Part shown: positions 48,233 to 58,510 of the stretch, in pieces
Layout of the letters: every line of letters starts with the position of its first letter
How positions within the stretch are numbered: position 1 is the first letter of the stretch
NCBI GenBank assembly: GCA_965218785.1
Contig: OZ244650.1
Span: forward strand, 736,001-800,000
Origin: Nitrosopumilus sp.
GTDB taxonomy: Archaea; Thermoproteota; Nitrososphaeria; Nitrososphaerales; Nitrosopumilaceae
DNA: 64,000 nt
Reading direction: 5' to 3'
The notes under the pieces: model-generated
The model's input: only the letters and a program-made list of their open reading frames with translations
Database searches by the model: none
What the model was told of the DNA's origin: nothing
Position numbers and translations under genes: made by a program

Positions 48233-48888
48233 TTTGAGTGCATCGTGCTAAATTCGCGGGGTATCTGATGCGTGAGACGTACTTGGTTCTTACTGCCTTG
48301 CATCTCTTATATTTTCTGATGTTTTGCATCTTTGTTTTTTTGTATGTGTCACATGGTGCAGTTGAATCTACAAACTGACTGGTTCAAAAATAACCTTGCT
48401 CTGATCATTGTTGCATCTGCCGTCTTTTGGCATTAACTGATCTAGTCATCCTAAACGTACCACTCTGATACTCACTTTTTTGATATCTCCAGTCTCTTGC
48501 CCTCATGAGGAATCTGTTATACCATTGGTTGTTTTGGTACGTCTTGCAGAATTGGGATATTTTTGATGGCTTTTTTTTGTCCCAAGACTCCCTGTTTTAT
48601 TCCCCGATGAAATTAAAAAACAGACTAATGACATCTGGTTCTCTGTCCCTGTAGTTATACTGCCAACGAATCAAATCTGATACAATAGGCTCATTTATCA
48701 AAAATGCCACCGGATTTAATCCTGAGAAGATCCAATTATGTCCTATAACATGTTACAGAGCCAATAAATAAAACCCATAAAACAACTAAATCGTAGAACT
48801 TTGAATGCTGATAAAGAAATGACTGATAATCCGTCCAAAATCGACTGTTATCTCTTACCGCTAATTCATAAAACCGGGGCTTACACAG

Positions 48889-49287
48889 ATGAAGATTGAT
48901 CATATTGCAATTGCAGTAAATGATGTGGAGGAATCTGCCAAAGTATACCGGCAGGCACTCGGTGTTGAGAGTGTGGAATTTGAGACAGTTGAATCAGAGG
49001 GGGTCAAAGTTGCAATCATTCATTTGGAAAACTGCCGCGTTGAACTAATGCAGCCAACAAATGATGCTAGTCCCATCAAAAAATTTCTGGACAAAAGAGG
49101 TCAGGGACTGCATCACATGGCATTGGAGACTGATGACATCAAAGGTGAGGTGGAAAGAATGGAGGGATGTGGCATTCAATTCTTGGGGCAGATCAGGCCC
49201 GGTTCTGCGGGAACCAAAGTTACTTTTATCCATCCAAAGTCCCTTCATGGTGTGCTAGCAGAACTCTGTTCACACTCTAAAGAATAA
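48889..49287 (+). CDS. mce: Methylmalonyl-CoA epimerase
   Basis: IDHIAIAV, GLHHMAL, FIHPKSLHGVLAEL. Confidence 0.96.
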   Translation: MKIDHIAIAVNDVEESAKVYRQALGVESVEFETVESEGVKVAIIHLENCRVELMQPTNDASPIKKFLDKRGQGLHHMALETDDIKGEVERMEGCGIQFLGQIRPGSAGTKVTFIHPKSLHGVLAELCSHSKE

Positions 49288-49391
49288 CACTCTTGTTTAC
49301 ATGCAATAGCATGCTGTTGACTGCAGAAGATTATCTTCTTTGATCGTCAATCCACTTTGCTGAAACATCTGCAGGTTTTAACTGGGAATAA

Positions 49392-49949
49392 TCATTCCAT
49401 CATCTTTAGCGTGTCTGATGCCGTAATTATTCCCACAACCTTGGATTTTTTTGAAACAAGAATGCATTTTGAATATCTAATTAATGGGACAAGGACGTTT
49501 GCCGGAGTATCAAAATCCACGATTGGCGGAATGGGATCCATCGTATCTGCCAGTTGGGCTTTTTTGAGATCGGCTTCTCCCAAATCTGCAAGATGTCTTA
49601 CAATCCCGTCCTCAGATACGACCCCCACAACTTCTGAATTGTTAAAAACGGGAATCTGACTGATTGACAACTGGTGCATCTTTTTGATTGCATCATGAAG
49701 CGTGTTGGTTGGTTTTAACTTTATGATATCCTTGCTACAAAAATCCCCTGCCCTGTGTGATGATGACTGGCCCTCTAGTTTTGCAAGATTCTCAAAAATC
49801 TTCTTTGCAGTATCATAACTTGGCTTACTCCTTCCGGATTCTATCTGGTTGATCATCGACGTGCTGACTCCAGTCATTGCAGCTAGTTTTTTCTGTGTAA
49901 TTCCGATTTTTTGCCGTATCTGCTTGATTGAATCGATCCTCGGTAACAT
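49392..49949 (-). CDS. XRE-HTH plus CBS-domain regulator
   Basis: ITQKKLAAMTGVS...IESGRSKP; tandem CBS domains. Confidence 0.93.
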   Translation of the reverse strand: MLPRIDSIKQIRQKIGITQKKLAAMTGVSTSMINQIESGRSKPSYDTAKKIFENLAKLEGQSSSHRAGDFCSKDIIKLKPTNTLHDAIKKMHQLSISQIPVFNNSEVVGVVSEDGIVRHLADLGEADLKKAQLADTMDPIPPIVDFDTPANVLVPLIRYSKCILVSKKSKVVGIITASDTLKMME

Positions 49950-49951
49950 CT

Positions 49952-50344
49952 TTACAGGCCTCCGCCGGAAACTTTTCCCAACTCTATCTCATATCCGCTG
50001 GGATCCACAATATACACCGATTTTGATTTCTCCCAGTCTATGGGACCTCCATACAGTACCTCTACTGCCTGCTCCCTGCATCTTGTCATTATTTCATCAA
50101 AATTTGTAACGTTGAATCCAAAGTGGGCTATTCCGCCCTCTGGTGACATATCTGGAACCTCATACATGCATAGTTTAATTGAATCGTTGCCGATAATCAC
50201 TGATGGAACATCTGCCTTGTTTGGATTTTCCTCCTGTCTTATCTCAAAACCAAAAAGATTCCTGTAAAACCCCACACTTTGTTCCAGATTCTTGACTTTC
50301 ATATTTACGTGATCAATTAATACTGCATTGAGGAATTTTCCCAT
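49952..50344 (-). CDS. VOC/glyoxalase family protein
   Basis: IDHVNMKV...FY...HFGF...DPSGYEIEL. Confidence 0.92.
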   Translation of the reverse strand: MGKFLNAVLIDHVNMKVKNLEQSVGFYRNLFGFEIRQEENPNKADVPSVIIGNDSIKLCMYEVPDMSPEGGIAHFGFNVTNFDEIMTRCREQAVEVLYGGPIDWEKSKSVYIVDPSGYEIELGKVSGGGL

Positions 50345-50374
50345 GTCCTGTTGTAGATGTTGTAGATATTTAAT

Positions 50375-53032
50375 TTACCGCTTCTTTTTAGGTTGCTCGA
50401 TTGCCGCCTGTGCGGCTGCAACGATTGCAATTGGGATTCTATGAGGTGACGCACTCACATAACTCAGATTCACACCGTGGCAGAATTTTATGGAATTTGG
50501 ATCCCCCCCATGTTCGCCACAGATGCCGATCTCCATGTCTGGTCTGGCTTTGCGTCCGTGCTCAATTCCTATCTTCATTAAACTGCCTACACCGTTTACA
50601 TCAATTGACTGGAACGGATTTCTTTCAAGCAGTTCCTTTTCCATGTATTCAGGAAGGAACTTTCCCTCTACATCCTCCCTGCTAAAACTAAACGTTCCCT
50701 GTGTCAGGTCATTTGTCCCGAAACTAAAGAATTCCGCAGTACTTACAAGCTCATCTGCAGTCAGTGCGGCCCTTACCACCTCAATCATGGTTCCAAAGTT
50801 GATCTTTAGCTTTGTTTTGTGTTTTGCCTCCATCTCTTTTTTGATGGAATCATAAATCTTTTTGATGTGATTTAATTCTTCAATACTGCTGATTTGTGGA
50901 ATCATGATTTGAGGATGCGCTTTTACTTTTTTCTTTGATAGCTCCACTAGTGCCTCAAAAACTGCCCGAATCTGCATCTCATAAATCTCCGGATGCGTGA
51001 TGCCGACTCTTACCCCCCTGTGACCCATCATCGGGTTTATCTCTGCAAGCTCTCTTGCCCTTTTTAGAACGACTCTTGCCTTTTTGATCTGCACTACTGA
51101 CTTTTTTAGTTCCATCCTGTGTATCTTTTCGGCTAGTTCCTCGGGGTTTGGCAGGAATTCATGCAATGGTGGATCCAGCAGTCTAATTGTAACCTCGTAT
51201 CCCTCCATTGCCTTTAGAATCTGGATAAAATCACTTTTTTGCAGCTGGCCCAGCTTTTTTAGAACCTTGATCCTCGCGTCGATGTTTTCTGCCATTATCA
51301 TATCTACAAACAGGCCAATCCTGTCTTTCCCATTGAACATTCTTTCGGTTCTGCACAATCCGATTCCCTGACCGCCGAAACTTCTTGCCAGTCTTGCGCC
51401 TTCAGGCGTGTCTGCATTTGCCCTGATGCCTATCTTCTTTGCCATTTGCGCCCATTTCAAAATCTGTCTAAAGTCTGATGTTATTTTTGGCTCTATTGTT
51501 GGGATGTTCCCGATGTATACAATGCCGGAACTTCCGTCAATGGTCATGGCATCCCCCTCTAGTAATGTTTTTCCGTTTATACTGCATTGCCTGTCTTCAT
51601 AATTTATTTTCAAATCCGCACATCCGACAATACACGGTTTTCCCATTCCCCTGGCCACTACTGCGGCATGGGATGTCTTGCCTCCCCTGCTAGTCAGAAT
51701 TCCCACTGATTCAAAAAACGCCGGAACGTCTTCTGGTTTTGTTTCCTCCCTGATTAAGATGACTTTGGCGCCATTTTCCCCCATTGCAGCTGCCCTCTTT
51801 ACATCAAACACTGCTACCCCGCTTGCGGCTCCAGGTGATGCTGCGATTCCCTCTGCCAACTGCTCGTATTTACTGACTTCTTTAGGATCCATTCTCCTAT
51901 GTAGCAACTGCTCGAGTTGTTCTGCATGGAGTCTGGTTAGCGCCTTGTTTTTATCAATCAGCCTTTCTTTGACCATGTCTACTGACGTCTTTACCATGGC
52001 TATCGCATTCATCTTTGCATTTCTTGTCTGAAGCAGGTAGAACCTGCCCTGCTCGACTGTAAATTCAATATCCTGCGGCTCCCTGTAATGCTTTTCGAGT
52101 ATTTCACAGGTTTTTGCCAGCTGCCTGTATGATTCTGGAAGATCCTTTTTCAACTGGTCTACCTGCTTTCCTGTTCTTACACCTGCCACGACGTCTTCGC
52201 CTTGTGCATTGATTAGATATTCCCCGTAGATCTGGCGTGTACCGTCTCCTGGATTTCTCGTAAATACGACGCCAGTCGCACTGTCATCTCCCATGTTTCC
52301 AAATACCATCGAGACGATATTTACTGCTGTACCATCAGCTATATCCTTTGTAATGTTGTTCTTCTCCCTGTATACTACTGACCTCTCACCCGTCCAACTT
52401 CCAAAGACTGCCTTTATTGCAAGTTCAACCTGTTCGGTGGGATTTACCGGGAATTTTCTTCCGGCATGCCTGACACAAATTCGTTTGTACTGCTCTACTA
52501 TTTTTTTCAGGGAATCCTCACTCAAATCACTGTCTAGCGTTACACGCTGCTTTTTCTTTGCAGCACCCAAGACCTCGTCGAATTTCTCGTCATCTACTCC
52601 AAAAACCACCTTGCCAAAAAGTTGAATGAACCTCCTGTACGAGTCCCATGCAAATCTTGGATTGCCGCTTTTCTCGGCCAGACCCAGTACCGTCTGATCG
52701 TTTAGTCCCAGATTCAGAATGGTATCCATCATTCCAGGCATGGAAACTGCCGCCCCGGATCTGACTGATACGAGCAGCGGATTTGACTTTGAATTCCATC
52801 TCTTGCCTGTTCTCTTTTCTATCTTTGCAATATTTTTTTTAACATCTGCCATCAAAGTCCTTGGTAGTTTTTTGTTGTTTTCATAATATTTTTTGCATAC
52901 GTTAGTTGTGATTGTAAATCCCGGCGGTACTGGCAGCTTTAGTCTTGTCATTTCACAAAGACCTGCCCCCTTTCCACCCAGAAGCTTCTTGTTTTTGCCA
53001 TCTCCCTGGTCATAAAAGTAAACTTGTTTCAT
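50375..53032 (-). CDS. ppdK: Pyruvate, phosphate dikinase
   Basis: LGGKGAGL, SVRSGA, GKTSHAAV, GTNDLTQ, GICGEHGG. Confidence 0.98.
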   Translation of the reverse strand: MKQVYFYDQGDGKNKKLLGGKGAGLCEMTRLKLPVPPGFTITTNVCKKYYENNKKLPRTLMADVKKNIAKIEKRTGKRWNSKSNPLLVSVRSGAAVSMPGMMDTILNLGLNDQTVLGLAEKSGNPRFAWDSYRRFIQLFGKVVFGVDDEKFDEVLGAAKKKQRVTLDSDLSEDSLKKIVEQYKRICVRHAGRKFPVNPTEQVELAIKAVFGSWTGERSVVYREKNNITKDIADGTAVNIVSMVFGNMGDDSATGVVFTRNPGDGTRQIYGEYLINAQGEDVVAGVRTGKQVDQLKKDLPESYRQLAKTCEILEKHYREPQDIEFTVEQGRFYLLQTRNAKMNAIAMVKTSVDMVKERLIDKNKALTRLHAEQLEQLLHRRMDPKEVSKYEQLAEGIAASPGAASGVAVFDVKRAAAMGENGAKVILIREETKPEDVPAFFESVGILTSRGGKTSHAAVVARGMGKPCIVGCADLKINYEDRQCSINGKTLLEGDAMTIDGSSGIVYIGNIPTIEPKITSDFRQILKWAQMAKKIGIRANADTPEGARLARSFGGQGIGLCRTERMFNGKDRIGLFVDMIMAENIDARIKVLKKLGQLQKSDFIQILKAMEGYEVTIRLLDPPLHEFLPNPEELAEKIHRMELKKSVVQIKKARVVLKRARELAEINPMMGHRGVRVGITHPEIYEMQIRAVFEALVELSKKKVKAHPQIMIPQISSIEELNHIKKIYDSIKKEMEAKHKTKLKINFGTMIEVVRAALTADELVSTAEFFSFGTNDLTQGTFSFSREDVEGKFLPEYMEKELLERNPFQSIDVNGVGSLMKIGIEHGRKARPDMEIGICGEHGGDPNSIKFCHGVNLSYVSASPHRIPIAIVAAAQAAIEQPKKKR

Positions 53033-53177
53033 TTTTACGATTAACCAATCCAAGAAAGGGGGTATTAAACCATTGACTTTAATTATGATTGTCAGTTATA
53101 CTGATACTTTTTTCATGGGTTCTCCAATATCAAATCCTTTCCAGTATTCTGGAAACCTGCTAACATCATATGCCGGA

Positions 53178-53855
53178 TCAGACTGATTTTGCCATGTGTT
53201 TTATCTTATACTTTTGTTCTGTGAGATCCCTATTCTGTGTACGATACACCACGCCGTTAGTCCGTATGTACCATATTATCTCCAGTATGTGTCTTGCAAC
53301 TGCAATCTTTGCCTTCTGCCATCTGCGTCTCTTGGTTATCCCCTGATGATGGATTTCATCCTCTCGTCATATCGTATGGCGGTGCTTACAGCATCCACCA
53401 TGGCATTGCGTATCCATACTGTATCCCGTTTGGCTATGCCGCCACTCTTATGCGTGTCGGCACTCCTTGTGGGATGGAACTAGGCTTGCATATGATATAG
53501 TTTTTCAGCCGTTGCAAACCTCTTGATGTCTACAATTTCAGATATTATCGTCAGTGCCGTGATGTGGCTGATTCCAGGTATCGTTAATAGTAGTCTTGTT
53601 CTTTCATCATTTTCGAATATTGATGCAATATTGCATTCCAATTTATGAATCTGCTCTTGTATCCTGAATACGTTCTCAAGGTTCATGTCTACTGCAATCC
53701 TGTCTATTTCTGAGAGTTTTATCTCCTGTAATGATGCCACAGTTGATTTTAAAAATACACTGTGTGTGGATATACCATAATCGTATTTTACAAGTATCGA
53801 GTGAATCTGATTCTTGTATTTTGTCACATCATGTACCAGATTTAGTTTCTGCTAT
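53178..53855 (-). pseudogene. IS110-family transposase remnant (C-terminal part, multiple frameshifts)
   Basis: KNQIHSIL, LLTIPGISHITALTIISEI..I.RF, LVP, WIRNAMVDA, ARHILEIIW in shifting frames. Confidence 0.85.
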
Positions 53856-53909
53856 GAATTGCCGACATAACTGCATTGATTAGTTGACAGATGTTTTTAG
53901 GTTGAAAAT

Positions 53910-54296
53910 CTAAAATGGTGTACTATCAAATATTTTTGATCCGGATAATTGTTTAAGAACCTGAAATATGTTGTTACTTATAACACCTCCAACCAGTACC
54001 ACTAGAACCCAAGGATCTATATGAAAATAACTTGGAAGAAAACCAGACATCACTATTGCAAATGTCATCAATGCGTAACCCCAATACGTTGTTCTTTTAA
54101 AAAGCTCCACCGTTTTTCTGATTTCCAATTTATTGGATTTACGATCATCAGGATCACCTGCACTAACCATGCCTCGTTCTAGAATCTTTTTCTCTTTTTT
54201 TGCATTATCGCCAATTCGTGTGGGTTTGACAGGAGGCGCTATTACTGGTTGTTGATTATCCTCAGTATGACTAATATCCCTGCTTGCCATCGTCAT
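53910..54296 (-). CDS. Membrane protein, putative toxin partner of the Panacea antitoxin
   Basis: Hydrophilic N-terminus then two TM segments; overlaps the Panacea gene end by 26 nt. Confidence 0.65.
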   Translation of the reverse strand: MTMASRDISHTEDNQQPVIAPPVKPTRIGDNAKKEKKILERGMVSAGDPDDRKSNKLEIRKTVELFKRTTYWGYALMTFAIVMSGFLPSYFHIDPWVLVVLVGGVISNNIFQVLKQLSGSKIFDSTPF

Positions 54297-54777
54297 TCAT
54301 TTTTTGTTCATAAAATTCTTGTATGATATCATTGGGAATCAATGTAAATAATTTGCCACGTTGATAACATTGATGCCAAGGCGTACCTTTCTCATGTGTG
54401 AGTGATGATAATTCAAGTGCAGATAAGCAACCAAAACGTTCACCCATCTGATCAAGTATGTTGCGAGTTTCAGGATCAATTAAAGATTCGATGAATTCTT
54501 TTCTTTCCTGAAATTCTTCATTATCTGCAGACAATGTGCCACAGTAATTGAGTTTATCGATGATGTCTCCCCCGTATCCCTTGTATGTTTGATATAGTAA
54601 CGGAATTACAGGACCCAATTTCCATGCCTCAATTCTTGATGCTATAAGAGGGTTTTTTGTAATGGCGAGTGTAAAGCCATGTGCAATATACGTCATTTTG
54701 ATCATGTGCATTGCGGTAAGGGAATTATTTGTATGAGTAAGAAAATAATCAGCTATCAGTTGTGCAGAATATGTCAT
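54271..54777 (-). CDS. Panacea (DUF4065/SocA-like) antitoxin
   Basis: IADYF, LTAMHMIKMTYIAHG, IEAWKLGPVIPLLY, LSALELSSLTH..GTPW. Confidence 0.92.
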   Translation of the reverse strand: MTYSAQLIADYFLTHTNNSLTAMHMIKMTYIAHGFTLAITKNPLIASRIEAWKLGPVIPLLYQTYKGYGGDIIDKLNYCGTLSADNEEFQERKEFIESLIDPETRNILDQMGERFGCLSALELSSLTHEKGTPWHQCYQRGKLFTLIPNDIIQEFYEQKMNDDGKQGY

Positions 54778-54954
54778 AGTATCCTATAAAATAAAATAAG
54801 ATATTTTAAATGTTTAGTGTGAGTAAAAAGACAGTTCGATCAATGTTTGATCTACAAATTGAAAAATTTGTGCCTGTTTGGAATTTATATGATGCTAAAA
54901 TCAACCATTTGTCCGAATATCTCTGGAGATATTTATGTTTCATCAAATTGATGG

Positions 54955-55300
54955 CAGTGACAAAGGTACGGAGGATGTAAAACCAATGTTTGTAAATGCA
55001 ATGATGACTGCAGATAAAAAACCTGCAACATTGATTTCAGATGGAGCAGCCAACTTTCACGATGCGTGAAAGTCAGAATACCGACAGAAAAACTCTCTAC
55101 ACAAGAAGACCAAACACATCCACATGAAGATGACATAAACAACAATCAAATGGAGAGGTTAAATGATACCATCAGACCGAGAAACCCCATACCGGAAAAT
55201 AAGATGATAAACAGCTCACGTTTGATGGATTTCAAACATTCTATAATTTTACCAAAAAACATGGATCTTTGAACGGTAGGACACCTGCTGAAATGGTGAG
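54955..55300 (+). pseudogene. IS6-like DDE transposase C-terminal remnant
   Basis: KPATLISDGAANFHDA(TGA)KSEY, NNNQMERLN, NGRTPAE across frameshifts. Confidence 0.75.
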
Positions 55301-55402
55301 AATTATGGAACTGGCAGGCCTGATCTCCAAAATATTTTCATCAATGTTGGTTTTTAAATTACAGGTTAGTCGTCTCTCCACTGTTTTTATCCTGGTGGAG
55401 AG

Positions 55403-56044
55403 TCACCTGTCCTGCCCTAGAATCTTTCTGATTCTTTCCACGACTGGTGGTTTTTCATTTTGTTCTAACAAAAAATCCAGATCCTCGGTATTATCAACAT
55501 CTAGCATGACTCTTTTCACAAAGACTAGTGCCACATTCCGTGTGTGTTCTTTGGCAGTATTCATGTGGATTTTGTAACTATCTTCATCATAACTGGTCCC
55601 CATCAAATCTACTGGCATTCTGACTAGCGCATTAGTCCCGTCAAATCTTCTAGATGGAACAACTATGGCAAAATTTGGCGGAGTCATATAATTTAGCATA
55701 AAATCAATGTCCTGGGTCTTCATAAACGGTATGTCTTGAGGAAATACAATCGAGGCATCAAAGCCATTCTCCAAAAGGTACTTGTCTGCAAGTGCAACTG
55801 CACCATTGACGCTTTCCTCTTTTTCATCAATTATGATTACGGCATTAAATTTTTTGCCAATCTCAATTGCCTTTTCTTCTTTTGTTACGATGACTATCTC
55901 TTTGATTTTGGGGGATATTGACACGGTGTACAGAATCTCCTCTAGCATTATTTTGCACAGTTCTTCTTTTTGATCTGGGGATAAATCTAGACGGGTTTTT
56001 GCATTAGAGAAAGTCTTTACGGGAATTATTGCAGCTATTTTCAA
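55403..56044 (-). CDS. cofC: 2-phospho-L-lactate/PEP guanylyltransferase
   Basis: IIPVK..SNAKTRL, QDIP, GTNAL, LDVD. Confidence 0.95.
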   Translation of the reverse strand: MKIAAIIPVKTFSNAKTRLDLSPDQKEELCKIMLEEILYTVSISPKIKEIVIVTKEEKAIEIGKKFNAVIIIDEKEESVNGAVALADKYLLENGFDASIVFPQDIPFMKTQDIDFMLNYMTPPNFAIVVPSRRFDGTNALVRMPVDLMGTSYDEDSYKIHMNTAKEHTRNVALVFVKRVMLDVDNTEDLDFLLEQNEKPPVVERIRKILGQDR

Positions 56045-56045
56045 G

Positions 56046-56966
56046 TTATACGTGTACTTGTTTTAAAATAAAATTTGCCAACGCGTCCTCAGCTATTTTG
56101 TTCTTCATGGTAATTTTTGTTTCAAACACCTTCATGTCCAAACTCTGTATCTTTTTTACAAGCATTCTATCCTTGGTATCTACAATGATGTTGGAGCAAA
56201 CGTCTGAATACATTTTTGCCAATCCGTATGCGTTTGATTCTATTCCTGCGGCCTGCATATATTTTCCGCCCGGACCGCTAATGGTATCATCCCCAATTAG
56301 CGGACTGACTGCAACCACCTTTTTCTTTATTTTTGATAATTCCTTTCTTATTCCCTTGATTTGGAGCATCGGTCCAATTGATGTCAATGGATTTCCCGGT
56401 GCTAAAATTATCATGTCTGCATCATGTATTGCGTTTACTGCCTCTGGATTCGGACGTGCCTTGTCTGCGCCGATATACTGAATTCCTATGACGGGATCTT
56501 TTCCCCTGTGCTTGACCCAGTATTCCTGCAAATGTAATTCCCCCTTGTCTGTAGTTATTCTTGTTTCAATACTGTTGTCTGTTACTGGTATGATGTTTGC
56601 ACTAACTGCAAATTTTTCACACATCCATTTTGTAATGTCACTGAGATTCTTTCCATTCTTTAGCATGTTTGTTCTGATCAAATGCGTTGCAGCGTCCCTG
56701 TCTCCTATTCTAAACCATGTCTCTTCTCCAAAAACCTCCATCTGGCGCAAAAAATTAAAGGTGTCTTTTTTTACCCCCCACCCCTTTTCCTGATCAAGCA
56801 AATCTGCCAGGCCATAAACAATGGTGTCAATATCCGGACACACGTACAGCCCATAAAGCCAGTAATTGTCCCCTACATTACTAATTACATTAACTTTGGA
56901 TTCCTGAGATATCAATCCTCTGATTAACTTGACTGAACCTGTTCCTCCTGCCAAAACTGTGATCAT
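56046..56966 (-). CDS. cofD: 2-phospho-L-lactate transferase
   Basis: LAGGTG, VCPDIDT, FRIGDRD, PGNPLTSIGP. Confidence 0.96.
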   Translation of the reverse strand: MITVLAGGTGSVKLIRGLISQESKVNVISNVGDNYWLYGLYVCPDIDTIVYGLADLLDQEKGWGVKKDTFNFLRQMEVFGEETWFRIGDRDAATHLIRTNMLKNGKNLSDITKWMCEKFAVSANIIPVTDNSIETRITTDKGELHLQEYWVKHRGKDPVIGIQYIGADKARPNPEAVNAIHDADMIILAPGNPLTSIGPMLQIKGIRKELSKIKKKVVAVSPLIGDDTISGPGGKYMQAAGIESNAYGLAKMYSDVCSNIIVDTKDRMLVKKIQSLDMKVFETKITMKNKIAEDALANFILKQVHV

Positions 56967-57078
56967 ACCATTTCTCCTAAAACCACTAGTCTTCATGCCT
57001 TGCTCCATATTACTTTTTCAAAATACAGCGATCAATAACTTGGTAAAGTTTATTACTTTCTTGAGCCTGATTTTTTTC

Positions 57079-58491
57079 GTGTCAAAGGGTATAGTTTTAA
57101 CAGTTTTGATCGCATGCCTCATAGTTATCGGTACTAGTACCTCTGCATGGGCCGCACAACTAGATACTACAATCAATCCAAACAATGACTCATCACCATT
57201 TAAGATGAGTTATCAAAAGACCATTTTCATCGATTACCCGGATGGAGGGGATCTATATGATGCATTAAAAGGAAAGGATTGGACCGTACAAGGGACTGCT
57301 GATTCGTCAGATCCCGGAGTTCAAGATCTTATAAAACAACTCAATAACGGAATTATCGCCGATCGAAGTCAGGCAAGAATTTCAGACTTGAACGTATCTT
57401 ATGATTTTCATCTCATAGCAAGAAACCCCACCATTGGTACCTCTATTGATTACAGGGTAGTTCTGGAAGGCATGTTAACTGATTATGTAATTGTAAAAGA
57501 CTCTATAAAGTCTCTAGTTGATTTGAACTGGAGGGGATTATCTACTGACGGTAAAGTTGTAATTAACGGCGTGGATATCAACCACCCAATAAACTTACTC
57601 CGGGATCAAGAACCGGACGTCCATGCAATATTTGCTGGAACTGAGGCAGACACCATCTTTAATCGAAGTCTTATCAATGCCGACTATATCCTAGAACAGC
57701 CAATAACAAACTGGCACTTTTTGTTTGATCCCACCGGAATTAACGTGGATGCAGGAACATTTGGATTAAATGAAGAGATCTCCGGATTTATCGTATCAAA
57801 GTGGACCATGGGGGAGAGCAGTATTAGAGAAGGCAGACAGGTTGAATCAGATATTCAAGTAGAAATAATCTCTGATGAAAGATACATTGTTCGAAGTGTC
57901 CAGTCAGCTGATCAGGGTAATTTATCAATAATTGGATTTGGTTCAAATGACATATTGGATGGAATAGAAATTGCAGGTATTACTCCGACTGCTCCTCCAG
58001 ACCTTGGTGGACCTCAAGGCGGTTTTCCTATTATGATAGTTTATGGGATGGCAGGAATTGCAGCCATTGCAGGAATTGGATTCTTTATCTTTAGTAACAG
58101 ATCACTCAAAAATGAAAAACAGGGACAGCAGGGAATTGATCCTACTAAATTGGTAGGTTACGCAACTAGCGCATCTTCAGGCGGTTATCAAACCAACAGG
58201 GGTGAGGCTCAACTCAAAGATGATACTGGCTATCAGCAAACCCGAAATGTTTATGATGCAAATACACAAAGTACTCCACCTCCACCACCACCACCACCTT
58301 CTACCACTACTCCCCCTCCCTCCTCTCTCCCGGCGGCTTCTTCTGCTGTTGAAGATGCGGCATGTGGATGCGCTGCCTCTGCAGACATGGGTTCTGAATG
58401 TGACTGTGCAATGCAGAGTGCATGTCTTTGTGATGCCACATGTGGCTGCAATGCAGATATCTGCAAAGAGCAGGCTCACGCCATGAGTTAA
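57079..58491 (+). CDS. Single-pass membrane protein with poly-Pro linker and Cys-rich C-terminal tail
   Basis: GTG 57079 gives a signal peptide; late TM segment IMIVYGMAGIAAIAGIGFFIF; PPPPPPPP; CGC-CDC-CLC-CGC-C. Confidence 0.85.
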   Translation: MSKGIVLTVLIACLIVIGTSTSAWAAQLDTTINPNNDSSPFKMSYQKTIFIDYPDGGDLYDALKGKDWTVQGTADSSDPGVQDLIKQLNNGIIADRSQARISDLNVSYDFHLIARNPTIGTSIDYRVVLEGMLTDYVIVKDSIKSLVDLNWRGLSTDGKVVINGVDINHPINLLRDQEPDVHAIFAGTEADTIFNRSLINADYILEQPITNWHFLFDPTGINVDAGTFGLNEEISGFIVSKWTMGESSIREGRQVESDIQVEIISDERYIVRSVQSADQGNLSIIGFGSNDILDGIEIAGITPTAPPDLGGPQGGFPIMIVYGMAGIAAIAGIGFFIFSNRSLKNEKQGQQGIDPTKLVGYATSASSGGYQTNRGEAQLKDDTGYQQTRNVYDANTQSTPPPPPPPPSTTTPPPSSLPAASSAVEDAACGCAASADMGSECDCAMQSACLCDATCGCNADICKEQAHAMS

Positions 58492-58510
58492 AAGAAATTT
58501 TAAAAAATAA

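Noticed and set aside
48480-48620. Possible IS256 remnant on the minus strand (YPNSARRTKTTNG)
   Set aside because: The similarity rests on one short motif and is too weak to call without a search.
44341-48888. Casposon, provirus or CRISPR-Cas locus
   Set aside because: No cas1, PolB, integrase, capsid gene, terminal inverted repeats, att duplication or array was found.
56929-57078. N-terminal extensions given by the ORF track for the membrane protein and cofD
   Set aside because: They overlap head-to-head; starts at 57079 and 56966 give a signal peptide and the canonical CofD N-terminus.
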